Positions 55,509 to 64,000 of a stretch of DNA of 64,000 bases are shown one piece after another (position 1 is the first letter of the stretch; each line of letters opens with the position of its first letter). The stretch is from NCBI RefSeq assembly GCF_025165815.1, contig NZ_JAFFZE010000016.1, positions 214,047-278,046 of the forward strand, in the 5' to 3' direction. The position numbers and the translations under genes are program-made. Under the pieces are notes generated by a model that had not been told where the DNA came from, searched no databases, and worked only from the letters and a program-made list of their open reading frames with translations. Origin of the DNA: Actinophytocola gossypii. GTDB taxonomy: Bacteria > Actinomycetota > Actinomycetes > Mycobacteriales > Pseudonocardiaceae.

Positions 55509-56720
55509 TCAGCGGGCGGGGTTGGTCAGGGCGGCTACGGCTTCCACGAGGGCATCTACCTCGGCGGCGGTGGTGTAGTGGGCGAGGCCGACGCGGACGG
55601 CGCCGCCGACTTCGGCTACGCCGAGGGCGGCGAAGACGCCGCTGGGAACGTCGTCGGCGAAGGCGCAGATGCCCCGGTCGGCCAGGTGGACGATGGCCTC
55701 GGCGGCCTTGATGTCGGTGACGGTGAAGGCCAGGGCGGGGATGCGGCGCATGGCGTCGCCGATGACGGTGACGTGGAGGAGACCGCGTAGCTCGGAGATC
55801 AGCTTGCCGAGCATGCCGGCCTGGTACGACTTCGCCGAGCCGATCGAGGTCTGCAGGCGCTCGCGGCGGCTGCCGGTGGCCGCGTCGTCGAGGTTCGCCA
55901 GGTAGTCGATCGACGCGACCAGGCCGGCGAGCAGCGGGTACGCGTGCTGGCCGAGCTCGAGCCGGCCGGGGCCGCTCTGGTTCGGGCCGAGCGCGTACGA
56001 CGGCAGCCGGTCGAGCACCGACGGATCGGCGAACGCGAGCGCGCCGACGGTCGGGCCGCCCCACGCGGTGGCCGACACCGCGACCACGTCGGCACCCATC
56101 GCCTTGATGTCCATCGGCACGAACGGGGCCGACGACGTCGCGTCCACCACCACCAGGGCCTGCGCCTCGGCGGCCAGCTTGGTGATCTTGGCGAGGTCGG
56201 GGCGGGTGCCGACCACCCCGGACGCGGCGGTGACCGCGACCAGCTTGGTGCGGTGCGAGACGAGGCTCTCGTACTGCCACGCGGGCAGTTCGCAGGTCTC
56301 GATGTCGATCTCGGCCCAGCGCACGGACGCCCCGGCGCGCTGCGCCACACCCAGCCACGGAGCGATGTTCTGCTGGTGGTCGAGCCGGGAGACCACGATC
56401 TCGTCGCCGATCACCCAGCCGCTGCCGACCGCCTCGGCGAGGCGTTGCAGCAGCACCGCGGGGTTGGGGCCGAGCACAACGCCCGCCGGGTCGCAGCCGA
56501 CCAGGTCGGCGACGGCACGACGGGCGGCGTCGACGATGGCCTCGGCGCGTTGGGAGGCCGGGAAGACCCCGCCCGGTCCGGACACCGGCGCGCGGAGGGC
56601 CGTGGACACCGCGGTGGCGACCTGCTCCGGTACCTGCATCCCGGCCGGGGCGTCCAGGTGAATCCAGCCATCACCCAACGCGGGAAACTGACCCCGAATC
56701 GCAGCGACGTCGAACGCCAT
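55509..56720 (-). CDS. class V aminotransferase / cysteine-desulfurase-like PLP enzyme
   Basis: Only the C-terminal 403 aa of the track ORF is coding. AT-V pattern (VAVTAASGVVGTRPDLAKITKLAAEAQALVVVDA, SATAWGGPTVGALAF). Confidence 0.8.
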   Translation of the reverse strand: MAFDVAAIRGQFPALGDGWIHLDAPAGMQVPEQVATAVSTALRAPVSGPGGVFPASQRAEAIVDAARRAVADLVGCDPAGVVLGPNPAVLLQRLAEAVGSGWVIGDEIVVSRLDHQQNIAPWLGVAQRAGASVRWAEIDIETCELPAWQYESLVSHRTKLVAVTAASGVVGTRPDLAKITKLAAEAQALVVVDATSSAPFVPMDIKAMGADVVAVSATAWGGPTVGALAFADPSVLDRLPSYALGPNQSGPGRLELGQHAYPLLAGLVASIDYLANLDDAATGSRRERLQTSIGSAKSYQAGMLGKLISELRGLLHVTVIGDAMRRIPALAFTVTDIKAAEAIVHLADRGICAFADDVPSGVFAALGVAEVGGAVRVGLAHYTTAAEVDALVEAVAALTNPAR

Positions 56721-56807
56721 GTACACACCGTACGGAGCCTGGTGAACGCCCTGTTCCCGGGGGCATCCCCCGGTTTCCCGGCGGGCGGCGGCGGTTACCC
56801 TCGGTGG

Positions 56808-57365
56808 GTGACTTCGACAGGCGAGAACGATCCGCAGGGCCGCTCCGAGCAGCCGCAACACGTGGTGGTCATGGGCCCCGACGGCTCGCCGCTGGGCACC
56901 GCGAAGATTCCCGACGGCGAGGACGGTCCGAACCCCGAGTCGGTCGGCGACATGGTCGAGCAGCCGGCGAAGGTCATGCGCATCGGCACGATGATCAAGC
57001 AGCTGCTCGAGGAGGTCCGGGCGGCACCGTTGGACGACGCCTCGCGCAATCGTTTGCGGGAGATCCACAAGCGCTCGATCGCGGAGCTGGAGGACGGGCT
57101 CGCCCCGGAGCTGCGCGAGGAGCTGGAGCGGCTGTCGCTGCCGTTCACCGAGGAGGGCGCCCCGTCGGACGCGGAGCTGCGGATCGCGCAGGCGCAGCTC
57201 GTTGGCTGGCTCGAAGGACTGTTCCACGGGATCCAGACCGCGTTGTTCGCCCAGCAGATGGCGGCGCGGGTGCAGCTGGAGTCGATGCGCCGCGGGCTGC
57301 CGCCGGGAGCGGGCGGCGACGTGCAGGAGGGCCCGTCGATCCGGGGAACCGGCCAGTACCTCTGA
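56808..57365 (+). CDS. bpa: bacterial proteasome activator Bpa (PafE)
   Basis: Near-identical core to mycobacterial Bpa as recalled (VEQPAKVMRIGTMIKQLLEEVRAAPLD, RIAQAQLVGWLEGLFHGIQTALFAQQMAAR). Diagnostic C-terminal GQYL proteasome-gate-opening motif. Start (GTG vs ATG at 56872) is uncertain. Confidence 0.85.
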   Translation: MTSTGENDPQGRSEQPQHVVVMGPDGSPLGTAKIPDGEDGPNPESVGDMVEQPAKVMRIGTMIKQLLEEVRAAPLDDASRNRLREIHKRSIAELEDGLAPELREELERLSLPFTEEGAPSDAELRIAQAQLVGWLEGLFHGIQTALFAQQMAARVQLESMRRGLPPGAGGDVQEGPSIRGTGQYL

Positions 57366-57833
57366 TCACCTGGGCCTGGTCTCCAGGTCCAGGAGGAAGC
57401 GCTTGCGGTCCAGGCCGCCGCCGTAGCCGGTGAGTCCGGTGGTGCCGACCACGCGGTGGCACGGGACCACGATGCTGATCGGGTTGTGGCCGTTGGCATG
57501 CCCGACCGCCCGCGCGGCGGTGGGACGACCGATGCGCTGGGCCAGCTCGCCGTAGGTGATCGTCTCGCCGTAGGGGATCTCCAGCAGGGCCTGCCAGACC
57601 GTGTGCCGGAACGGGGTGCCCTCGGGGCGCAGCGGGACGGTGAACTCGGTGCGGTCGCCGGCGAAGTACTCGTTCAGCTGGGTGACGGCGTCGGCGAACT
57701 GGTCGTCGTCGCGGTCGCCGAACCCGTTGTCGGCCGGGCGGTGGCGCTGGTCGGTCATGTAGAGGCCGGACAACGCGCCCTCGTCGCCGACCAGGGTCAA
57801 CGGTCCGACGGGGCTGTCCATGACGGTGTACAT
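57366..57833 (-). CDS. ogt: methylated-DNA--protein-cysteine methyltransferase (Ogt/MGMT)
   Basis: Active-site PCHRVV; DNA-binding HTH region ETITYGELAQRIGRPTAARAVGHANGHNPISIVVPCHRV. Start at the internal ATG (MYTVMD). Confidence 0.85.
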   Translation of the reverse strand: MYTVMDSPVGPLTLVGDEGALSGLYMTDQRHRPADNGFGDRDDDQFADAVTQLNEYFAGDRTEFTVPLRPEGTPFRHTVWQALLEIPYGETITYGELAQRIGRPTAARAVGHANGHNPISIVVPCHRVVGTTGLTGYGGGLDRKRFLLDLETRPR

Positions 57834-57959
57834 GGCTCCACTGTGCACTGGGCGCGCGACGCCGCGCTGGCGGGAATCGGACTCGACTCTGGCCGGTGGG
57901 AACCGGAGCGGGCGCGCCGGCATCTACTCTCAGCTGGTCCATCTGGAACGGGGGAGAAC

Positions 57960-58631
57960 ATGCCCGACATCGAGTACCGCTTCGGCACGGGCGAGGGTGA
58001 CCCGAACGTGCACACGTCCGAGGCCGATGTGGACGTCGACGGCGACGGCACGGCGGACGCCGTCGCGCTGGACTTCGACGGGGACGGCCGCGTCGACGAC
58101 ATGATGTGGGACTCGGACGGGGACGGCGTCGCCGACACCGCCGTGCTCGACCTCGACGACGACGGTACGGCGGAGGCGGAGTACTCGGACCCGACCGGCA
58201 TGGGCACGTGGAACGAGGACGGCCGAGGCGGTGCCTCGGCGGCGGATCCGGCGGCGGAGGTCACGCCGGCGGACACCTCGCACGGCACGGACGCGGGCGG
58301 CGAGTACGAGCCGGTGCCGGCGGAGGACGGCGCCGACGCCGGTCCCGGGGGATCCGATGACTCCGAGGGCGACTCCGTGGGCGACGGCGAGGGCGACGTC
58401 GGTGCGGAGGCGGACTCCGGCGACGGGGGCGGGTTGCCGGGGATCGGCGGCGGAGCGGAGCCCGGTGCCGAGGAGCCGACCAGCGAGGACCCGGTGGCGG
58501 AGGAGCCGACCGAGTACGAGCCCCGACCGAACGACGACCCGAACGACGAGGCCGACGAGCTGTACACCGACGACGGTTCGGACGTCGACACGGACGCGTT
58601 CGGCGAGTGGTTCGACAGCGATCTGAGCTGA
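57960..58631 (+). CDS. acidic low-complexity protein with four tandem DxDGDG(x)xD calcium-binding-type loops; no signal peptide
   Basis: DVDGDGTADAVALD / DFDGDGRVDDMMWD / DSDGDGVADTAVLD / DLDDDGTAEAEYSD, followed by a D/E/G-rich tail. Clean ATG at 57960. Confidence 0.6.
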   Translation: MPDIEYRFGTGEGDPNVHTSEADVDVDGDGTADAVALDFDGDGRVDDMMWDSDGDGVADTAVLDLDDDGTAEAEYSDPTGMGTWNEDGRGGASAADPAAEVTPADTSHGTDAGGEYEPVPAEDGADAGPGGSDDSEGDSVGDGEGDVGAEADSGDGGGLPGIGGGAEPGAEEPTSEDPVAEEPTEYEPRPNDDPNDEADELYTDDGSDVDTDAFGEWFDSDLS

Positions 58632-58645
58632 CCGGGAGCCACGCG

Positions 58646-58706
58646 AACGTACGACTCGCGCGACGGGAACGTACGACTCGCGCGACGGGAACGTACGACT
58701 CGCGGG
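58646..58706. repeat. second tandem array of the 22-bp unit AACGTACGACTCGCGCGACGGG (2 full + 1 partial)
   Basis: Same unit and same degenerate last copy (…ACGACTCGCGGGTCAG) as at 55447..55508. Again between convergent gene ends (stops 58631 and 58707). Confidence 0.8.
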
Positions 58707-59204
58707 TCAGTCGGAGTTGTTGTCGCCGTTGAGTTGGTAGCGGCGGAGCAGGGGGAGGCCGAACCAGAGGACGCCGAACATCAGGGCGGCGAACGTGGAC
58801 ACGGCGATGGCGAGCCAGTTGCCCAGCACGGCGTCGGTGAGCAGGAGGACGGTGGCGGACATCGCGATCCCCAGGCAGGCCATGCCGGCGACGGCGAAGC
58901 GGTTGGCGATCTCGACGATCTTGGGGCGCTGACCCTGCCGGAACAGCATGCGGTGCCACGCCGCGGGTGCGCTCAGCAGGGCGACGGCGGCGGTCGCGAA
59001 CACCACGGCGACCAGGTGGACTCCATGCTGGAAGGACGTTCCGCGCAAGTACGGCTCGGTGAACGCGACGGCGAGCAGAAAACCGAACAGGAACTGCACG
59101 CCCGCCTGCGCCACGCGCAGTTCCTGGAGTAACTCGTTGACGTTCCGCTTCAGCTTCTCGTGCTCGGGCTCGTCGTGATAGGCGTCGTCGCGGCTCTCCG
59201 GCAT
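58707..59204 (-). CDS. DUF6328-like membrane protein
   Basis: 165 aa, charged N-terminus then 3-4 TM helices. Family common in actinobacteria (recollection). Confidence 0.55.
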   Translation of the reverse strand: MPESRDDAYHDEPEHEKLKRNVNELLQELRVAQAGVQFLFGFLLAVAFTEPYLRGTSFQHGVHLVAVVFATAAVALLSAPAAWHRMLFRQGQRPKIVEIANRFAVAGMACLGIAMSATVLLLTDAVLGNWLAIAVSTFAALMFGVLWFGLPLLRRYQLNGDNNSD

Positions 59205-59213
59205 TCCACCGGA

Positions 59214-59975
59214 TTACCTCCGCGTCACCTGCCGAAAACCTCCCGGTTCTGGCCGGTGCGCCGGCCACGCCAGCGTCCGCCACGGGCTGTCCGCCTCGGT
59301 CAGCAGGGCGCGGTGTGCCTCGCGGAGAGCCTCGTACCGGTCCTCGTCGCCGGCCAGCAGGCGACCGAGTGCGAACGCGGCCGAGAGGTCGGACCACGAC
59401 ATGTAGTGCCGGGCGCACAGCTCCCCCACCCGCAGCACCGCCTCCTCGGCCGCCGCCCGGTCGCAGTACCCGGCGCGCAGTCCGCAGCGCGCCAGGTTGG
59501 CCGCCCGACCCCAGTCGTACGCCCGGACGCCGTGCACGACCCCGTGCGGCGACAGCAGCCCGTCGGCGCGGAACCGGTCCTCGTACCGGGAGATCCGCTC
59601 CGCCGCCTCGATCAGCATCGGCACGGCGTGCCAGCTCAGTTCCCCGTCCTCGGCGGCCTGCCGGACGATCCGGCGCCAGCCGGCCAGGTCCGGCGGCACG
59701 GTCCGCACGACGGTGGCCTGCCAGCGCAGCTCCAGCGCGAGGTCGTTCGGCCGCTCACCGCGCTCGGCGAGCAGGCCGTCCATCATCCGCTGCCACTCGG
59801 TCGCGCCGCGCACGCCCCACCACGACGCCAGCCGCTCGCGCAGCACCAGCTTGCTCAGCCCCGCGCCGGCCGGGTCGTGCCAGTCCTCGCCCTGCTCGAC
59901 GGCCACGTGCGCGCCGCACGCGAGCCCGAACGCCGGCGGGCCGGCGGGTCTGGTCCGCACCCTGGACAGGATCAT
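59214..59975 (-). CDS. DUF1266-domain protein
   Basis: 253 aa soluble protein. Family guess from W/R-rich pattern (SWWGVRGATEWQR...YDWGRAANLARCGLRAGY). Confidence 0.5.
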   Translation of the reverse strand: MILSRVRTRPAGPPAFGLACGAHVAVEQGEDWHDPAGAGLSKLVLRERLASWWGVRGATEWQRMMDGLLAERGERPNDLALELRWQATVVRTVPPDLAGWRRIVRQAAEDGELSWHAVPMLIEAAERISRYEDRFRADGLLSPHGVVHGVRAYDWGRAANLARCGLRAGYCDRAAAEEAVLRVGELCARHYMSWSDLSAAFALGRLLAGDEDRYEALREAHRALLTEADSPWRTLAWPAHRPEPGGFRQVTRR

Positions 59976-60640
59976 GGGCGTCCTCCCAACTCGTCGGGCG
60001 ACTCGGCGCGCAGGCGACCGACCGGGGGTGGGTCGGGGTCCAGCAGGGGTTCGCGCGGCGCCGGCAGGTCGTACATCGCGTAGACGCGGGCGCGGACCCG
60101 TTCCAACGGGTAGCTGTCCGCGTAGATCGCCGCCTTGAAGATCACGCCCTCCATGACGCTGCGGAACATGACCTCCTCCAGCGCCGGGTCGGCGGCCCCG
60201 CGCTCGGCGAACAGGTCGCGCAGGGTGTCCTCGAGCAGCGCGATCTGGGTGTCCTTGACGACCTCGACGCGGGCGAACAGCGGATGCGTCGACGGGTGGG
60301 TCATCAGGCTCAGCGCCAGCCGCTGCACGGGCAGCGTGGCGGCCGCGCCGGCCAGGATCCCGTCGATCATCGCGGCGAGCCGCTCGTCCGGGGTGCCGGT
60401 GACCCCGAGCAGGCCGGTCAGGCCCTCCAGGTACCGGCCGAGGAGTTCCACGACCAGTTCGTGCTTGCCGGGGAAGTAGTAGGTGACCAGCCCTCGGGAG
60501 ACGCCGGCGCGCCCGGTGATGTCGGAGATCGTGGCGTTGTGGAAGCCCTTCTCGGCGAACACCTCGAGCGCGGCGCCCAGGATCCGCTCGCGCGACTGTT
60601 CCCGCAGGTGTTCGTTGGCCTGCGCCGACCGGGGCGACAC
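59972..60640 (-). CDS. TetR/AcrR-family transcriptional regulator
   Basis: HTH (ILGAALEVFAEKGFHNATISDITGRAGVSRGLVTYYFPGKHEL). ATGA overlap with the downstream gene. Confidence 0.8.
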   Translation of the reverse strand: MSPRSAQANEHLREQSRERILGAALEVFAEKGFHNATISDITGRAGVSRGLVTYYFPGKHELVVELLGRYLEGLTGLLGVTGTPDERLAAMIDGILAGAAATLPVQRLALSLMTHPSTHPLFARVEVVKDTQIALLEDTLRDLFAERGAADPALEEVMFRSVMEGVIFKAAIYADSYPLERVRARVYAMYDLPAPREPLLDPDPPPVGRLRAESPDELGGRP

Positions 60641-60729
60641 AAGCGTTGACTGTACATCCGTCCAGTGAACACGGCTACCCGCGGGCGGCCCGGGCGTGGG
60701 TGATCGGGCTCACCGGTGACAATGGAGGG

Positions 60730-61869
60730 ATGACCGCCACTCTGAGCAAGCCGGCGTTGCGGATCGGGCCATACCAGGTGGATCCGCCGGTGGTGCTCGC
60801 GCCGATGGCGGGGATCACGAACGTGGCGTTCCGGCGGCTGTGCCGGGAGTACGGGGCCGGGCTGTACGTCTGCGAGATGATCACCGCGCGGGCGTTGTTG
60901 ATCGGCGACCCGAAGACGATGCACATGATGACCTTCGACGCCAGCGAGTCGCCGAGGTCGGTGCAGTTGTACGGGGTCGACCCGGCGACGATGCGGGAGG
61001 CGGTCAAGGTCATCGTCGGTGAGGGGTTGGCCGACCACGTCGACACGAACTGGGGTTGTCCGGTCACCAAGGTCACCCGGAAGGGTGGCGGGGCCGCTCT
61101 GCCGTACAAGCGGCGGCTGTTCGCGGACATCATCCGGGCCTGTGTGGAGGCGGCGGAACCGGCCGGGGTGCCGGTGACCGCGAAGTTCCGCATCGGGATC
61201 GACGACGAGCACCACACCTATCTCGACGCGGGGCGGATCGCCGAGGGCGAAGGCGCGGTGGCTGTCGCGTTGCACGCGCGGACGGCGGCGCAGCGGTACT
61301 CCGGGCAGGCGGACTGGAGCCACATCGCCCGGCTCAAGGAGGCCGTGACCACGATCCCGGTGCTCGGCAACGGTGACATCTTCACCTCCGGGGACGCGCT
61401 GGCGATGATGGAGCGAACCGGGTGCGACGGCGTCGTCGTGGGGCGCGGCTGTCTCGGGCGGCCGTGGCTGTTCGGGGAGTTGCAGGCGGCGTTCGCCGGT
61501 GAGCCGGTGCCGGAGGGGCCGAACCTGGGCGAGGTCGCGCGGGTGTTGCGCCGGCACGCCGAACTGCTCGTCGAGCACGACGGCGAGGAGAAGGGCGTGC
61601 GGGACCTGCGCAAGCACATGGCCTGGTACCTCATGGGCTTCCCGGTCGGCTCGCCGCTGCGTCGCCGGCTCGCGATGGTGTCGACGCTCGCCGAGTTGGA
61701 CGACCTGCTCGGGGAGCTCGACCACGACGCGCCGTTCCCGTCCGCGGGCGAGGGGCCGCGCGGCCGGCAGGGCTCGCCGGGCCGCGTGACGCTGCCGTAC
61801 GGCTGGCTCGACGACCCGGACGACCCGACCGTGCCGGCCGGCGCGGACATGATGCACTCGGGCGGCTGA
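60730..61869 (+). CDS. dus: tRNA-dihydrouridine synthase (Dus)
   Basis: LAPMAGITN...FRRL N-terminus; catalytic Cys region NWGCPVTKV; K..RIG. ATG preceded by GGAGGG. Confidence 0.85.
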   Translation: MTATLSKPALRIGPYQVDPPVVLAPMAGITNVAFRRLCREYGAGLYVCEMITARALLIGDPKTMHMMTFDASESPRSVQLYGVDPATMREAVKVIVGEGLADHVDTNWGCPVTKVTRKGGGAALPYKRRLFADIIRACVEAAEPAGVPVTAKFRIGIDDEHHTYLDAGRIAEGEGAVAVALHARTAAQRYSGQADWSHIARLKEAVTTIPVLGNGDIFTSGDALAMMERTGCDGVVVGRGCLGRPWLFGELQAAFAGEPVPEGPNLGEVARVLRRHAELLVEHDGEEKGVRDLRKHMAWYLMGFPVGSPLRRRLAMVSTLAELDDLLGELDHDAPFPSAGEGPRGRQGSPGRVTLPYGWLDDPDDPTVPAGADMMHSGG

Positions 61870-62664
61870 TCAACTCAGCCGGGCGGAGACCTGTCGGGTG
61901 ACGCTCAGCAGCAGCGGGGCGATCCGTTCGGCACGGGCCGAGGTGAGGCGGGAGCGTGGCCCACACACGCTGATCGCCGCGATGACCACGCCGCGGACGC
62001 CGAAGACCGGGGCGGCGACCGCGCCGGCGTCCGGGTTCCGTTCGCCGCTCGACATCACGTAGCCACGCTCGCGGGCGTGGTCGAGGTCCCGGTTCAGTGC
62101 CGCGATCGCGTCCTGGTCGAGGTCGTACTGCTCCGACTCCAGGGCGATCGCGCGTTCGCGGAACTCGGGGTCGGCGTGGGCGAGCAGGATCTTGCCGCTC
62201 GCGCCGGCGTGCCACGGGCGGAAGACGCCGAGTTCCACGGTCATCCGCACGTGTCGCGGGCTCTCGAACTGCGCCACGTGCACCCGGCCGCCCGCGACCG
62301 GGCGGGACAGCAGCGTCGTCTCCTCCGTCCGGTCGCGCAGGTCGCGCAGCAGGGGCGCGGCCTCGCTCTCCAGCTTGGACAGGCTCAACGCCCTGGCGCC
62401 CATCGCCACCGCCGCGGAGCCGAGCAGGTAGCCCATCGTGCCGGGGTCCTGCTCGACCAGGTTCCGCGAGGTCAGCGAGCGGAGCACGCGGTGGGCGACC
62501 GACTTGCCCATGCCCAGCTCCGCGGCCACCTCGGTGACCCCGAGCGGTTCGGTCGAGTCCATCAACAGCAACAGGACGTCGGCGACGCGGTCGGCCGATT
62601 CCGTTCCACCGGTGGTTCCGCTGAGAGGAACCGCATGATGTAGCGACACCTGGATATCCCTCAT
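61870..62664 (-). CDS. IclR-family transcriptional regulator
   Basis: N-terminal wHTH (RVADVLLLLMDSTEPLGVTEVAAELGMGKSVAHRVLRSL) plus IclR effector domain. Confidence 0.85.
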   Translation of the reverse strand: MRDIQVSLHHAVPLSGTTGGTESADRVADVLLLLMDSTEPLGVTEVAAELGMGKSVAHRVLRSLTSRNLVEQDPGTMGYLLGSAAVAMGARALSLSKLESEAAPLLRDLRDRTEETTLLSRPVAGGRVHVAQFESPRHVRMTVELGVFRPWHAGASGKILLAHADPEFRERAIALESEQYDLDQDAIAALNRDLDHARERGYVMSSGERNPDAGAVAAPVFGVRGVVIAAISVCGPRSRLTSARAERIAPLLLSVTRQVSARLS

Positions 62665-62768
62665 TTTGAGCCGACGGCTTGACGCTCGATGCGGATAATC
62701 CTAGCGTACGAGCCTGTTGAACACCTCGAAACCGTGTTCCTCCCAAAGGAATTCCGAGGAGATTCGCG

Positions 62769-63983
62769 ATGCTGCAATCGGCCAGGGTTCTCGATCTGAC
62801 CTGGGTGCTCGGCGGCCCGTTCGGCGGCCAGCTCCTGGCTCAGCTCGGCGCCGAGGTGATCAAGGTCGAGCCGGCGGGAGGTGATCCCGCGCGGGAGATT
62901 CCACCGCACTACGTCGGCGATCTCTCGTCGTTCTTCCTGTCGGTCAACCGGGGGAAGAAATCGATCGCGCTCGATCTGAAGACCGAGGCCGGGCTGACCG
63001 CCTTCTACGACCTCGTACGCCGGTCCGACGCGGTGCTCTACGGGTTCGCACCCGATGTTCCCGAGCGGCTCGGCATCGACTACGAACGCCTTCGCGAGAT
63101 CAATCCGGCGATCGTCGTGGGTGAGCTGATCGGGATTCACGACAGCGGCCCGTACAAGCGGGCGCCCGCCTACGACCTGGTGGTGCAGGCGCTCAGCGGC
63201 GTCATGAGCATCACCGGTGCTGAGGACGGCGAGCCGGCGCGCGTCGGGTACCAGATCGCCGACCTGGCCGGCGGGCTGTATCTGGCGCTGGGCGTGTCCG
63301 GGGCGTTGTACTCGGCGGGCAGGACCGGGCGCGGCGAGAAGGTGCAGGTCTCGCTGCTCGACGCGCAGTTGGGCCTGTTGACCTGGCAGGCGCAGAACTA
63401 CTTCATCTCCGGTGAGGAGCCCCGGGCCAAGGGATCGCGCAGCCCGAACATCGCGCCGAGCGAGGCGTTCCGCTGCCGCGACGGTCGCTATCTCGCCGTG
63501 TCGCCGACCGGCGCGAGCTACTGGCGGGCTTTCTGCGCCGCCATGGGTGTGCCGGAGCTGGCCGACGACCCGCGGTTCAGCGACCGGTACAGCCGGCTGA
63601 CGAATGTCGAGCAGCTGGTCGAGATCCTGCGGCCGCTGTTCCTCACCCGGGACGCCGCGACCTGGGGCAAGCACTTCTTCGACCTGCGGATTCCGGCCGC
63701 CCCGGTGCTCACCGTCTCCGAGGCGCTCGACCAGGAGACCGCGCGGTTGCGCGACATGGTCGAGGTCGCCGAGGACCCGAGGTCCGGCGAGCAGGTGAGC
63801 CTGCTCGGCAGCCCGGTCAAGTTCGATGGCGCGCGGCAGCTGCGTTATCCACCGAGACACGGCGCGGACACCGCCGACGTACTGGCGGAGCTGTGTGGCT
63901 ATTCCGCCGAACGCATCGGCGAAGTCCTCGTCACCGATCCGAACCACGAACAGCAGAGGGAGCAGCATGACCAGGCCGAGTGA
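62769..63983 (+). CDS. family III CoA-transferase (CaiB/BaiF/Frc-like)
   Basis: RVLDLTWVLGGPFGGQLLAQLGAEVIKVEP N-terminus and catalytic Asp region, typical of this family. Confidence 0.85.
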   Translation: MLQSARVLDLTWVLGGPFGGQLLAQLGAEVIKVEPAGGDPAREIPPHYVGDLSSFFLSVNRGKKSIALDLKTEAGLTAFYDLVRRSDAVLYGFAPDVPERLGIDYERLREINPAIVVGELIGIHDSGPYKRAPAYDLVVQALSGVMSITGAEDGEPARVGYQIADLAGGLYLALGVSGALYSAGRTGRGEKVQVSLLDAQLGLLTWQAQNYFISGEEPRAKGSRSPNIAPSEAFRCRDGRYLAVSPTGASYWRAFCAAMGVPELADDPRFSDRYSRLTNVEQLVEILRPLFLTRDAATWGKHFFDLRIPAAPVLTVSEALDQETARLRDMVEVAEDPRSGEQVSLLGSPVKFDGARQLRYPPRHGADTADVLAELCGYSAERIGEVLVTDPNHEQQREQHDQAE

Positions 63984-64000
63984 TGTGAAGCCGCGGGAAG

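Noticed and set aside
57960-58631. Acidic DxDGDG-repeat protein as a secreted RTX/dockerin-type calcium-binding protein
   Set aside because: No signal peptide or secretion motif. RTX nonapeptides (GGxGxDxUx) are absent. Repeats resemble EF-hand or thrombospondin-type loops instead.
55447-58706. Possibility that the 22-bp repeat arrays are a CRISPR array
   Set aside because: Units are directly tandem with no unique spacers and only 2-3 copies. No cas genes in the window.

Overview
Very GC-rich, gene-dense chromosomal segment typical of Actinomycetota. GC content was not computed. Almost every long antisense or shadow ORF in the track is a GC artefact; about 55 genes are supportable.

Layout, left to right:
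(i) 1 to about 25 kb: the right-hand part of a natural-product gene cluster, truncated at the window edge. It holds TylB/TylM1-type dimethylamino-sugar genes, three MFS exporters, a five-gene tailoring operon (cupin, ACMSD-type amidohydrolase, SDR, TcmI-like protein, F420/LLM oxidoreductase), an aryl-AMP ligase, one 1758-aa iterative type I PKS (KS-AT-DH-KR-ACP), SnoaL-like proteins, an FAD monooxygenase, an orphan ThDP E1 alpha/beta pair and a Cys/Met-family PLP enzyme.
(ii) 26.1 to 33.6 kb: a tightly coupled NfeD - flotillin - giant (1635 aa) AAA+ ATPase operon.
(iii) 34 to 38.7 kb: an XRE-cupin regulator and a CoxSML-type molybdenum hydroxylase operon.
(iv) 38.7 to 40.1 kb: a decayed, lower-GC stretch with gene fragments, ending at a tRNA-Lys(TTT).
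(v) 40.2 to 47.3 kb: a minus-strand operon that combines a secreted DUF4142 protein, a membrane bis-His/ferredoxin fusion, a ferredoxin reductase, a Tat-exported FAD oxidase and an Hsp70-ATPase/TM/PQQ-propeller fusion.
(vi) 47.4 to 64 kb: housekeeping and accessory genes (sulfotransferase, lipase, HisN-like phosphatase, tRNA-Ser, M28 peptidase, Qor, Bpa/PafE proteasome activator, Ogt, Dus, regulators, CoA transferase). Two near-identical 22-bp tandem-repeat arrays flank a 3.2-kb segment carrying bpa-ogt.

No CRISPR array, rRNA or intact transposase or integrase is visible.
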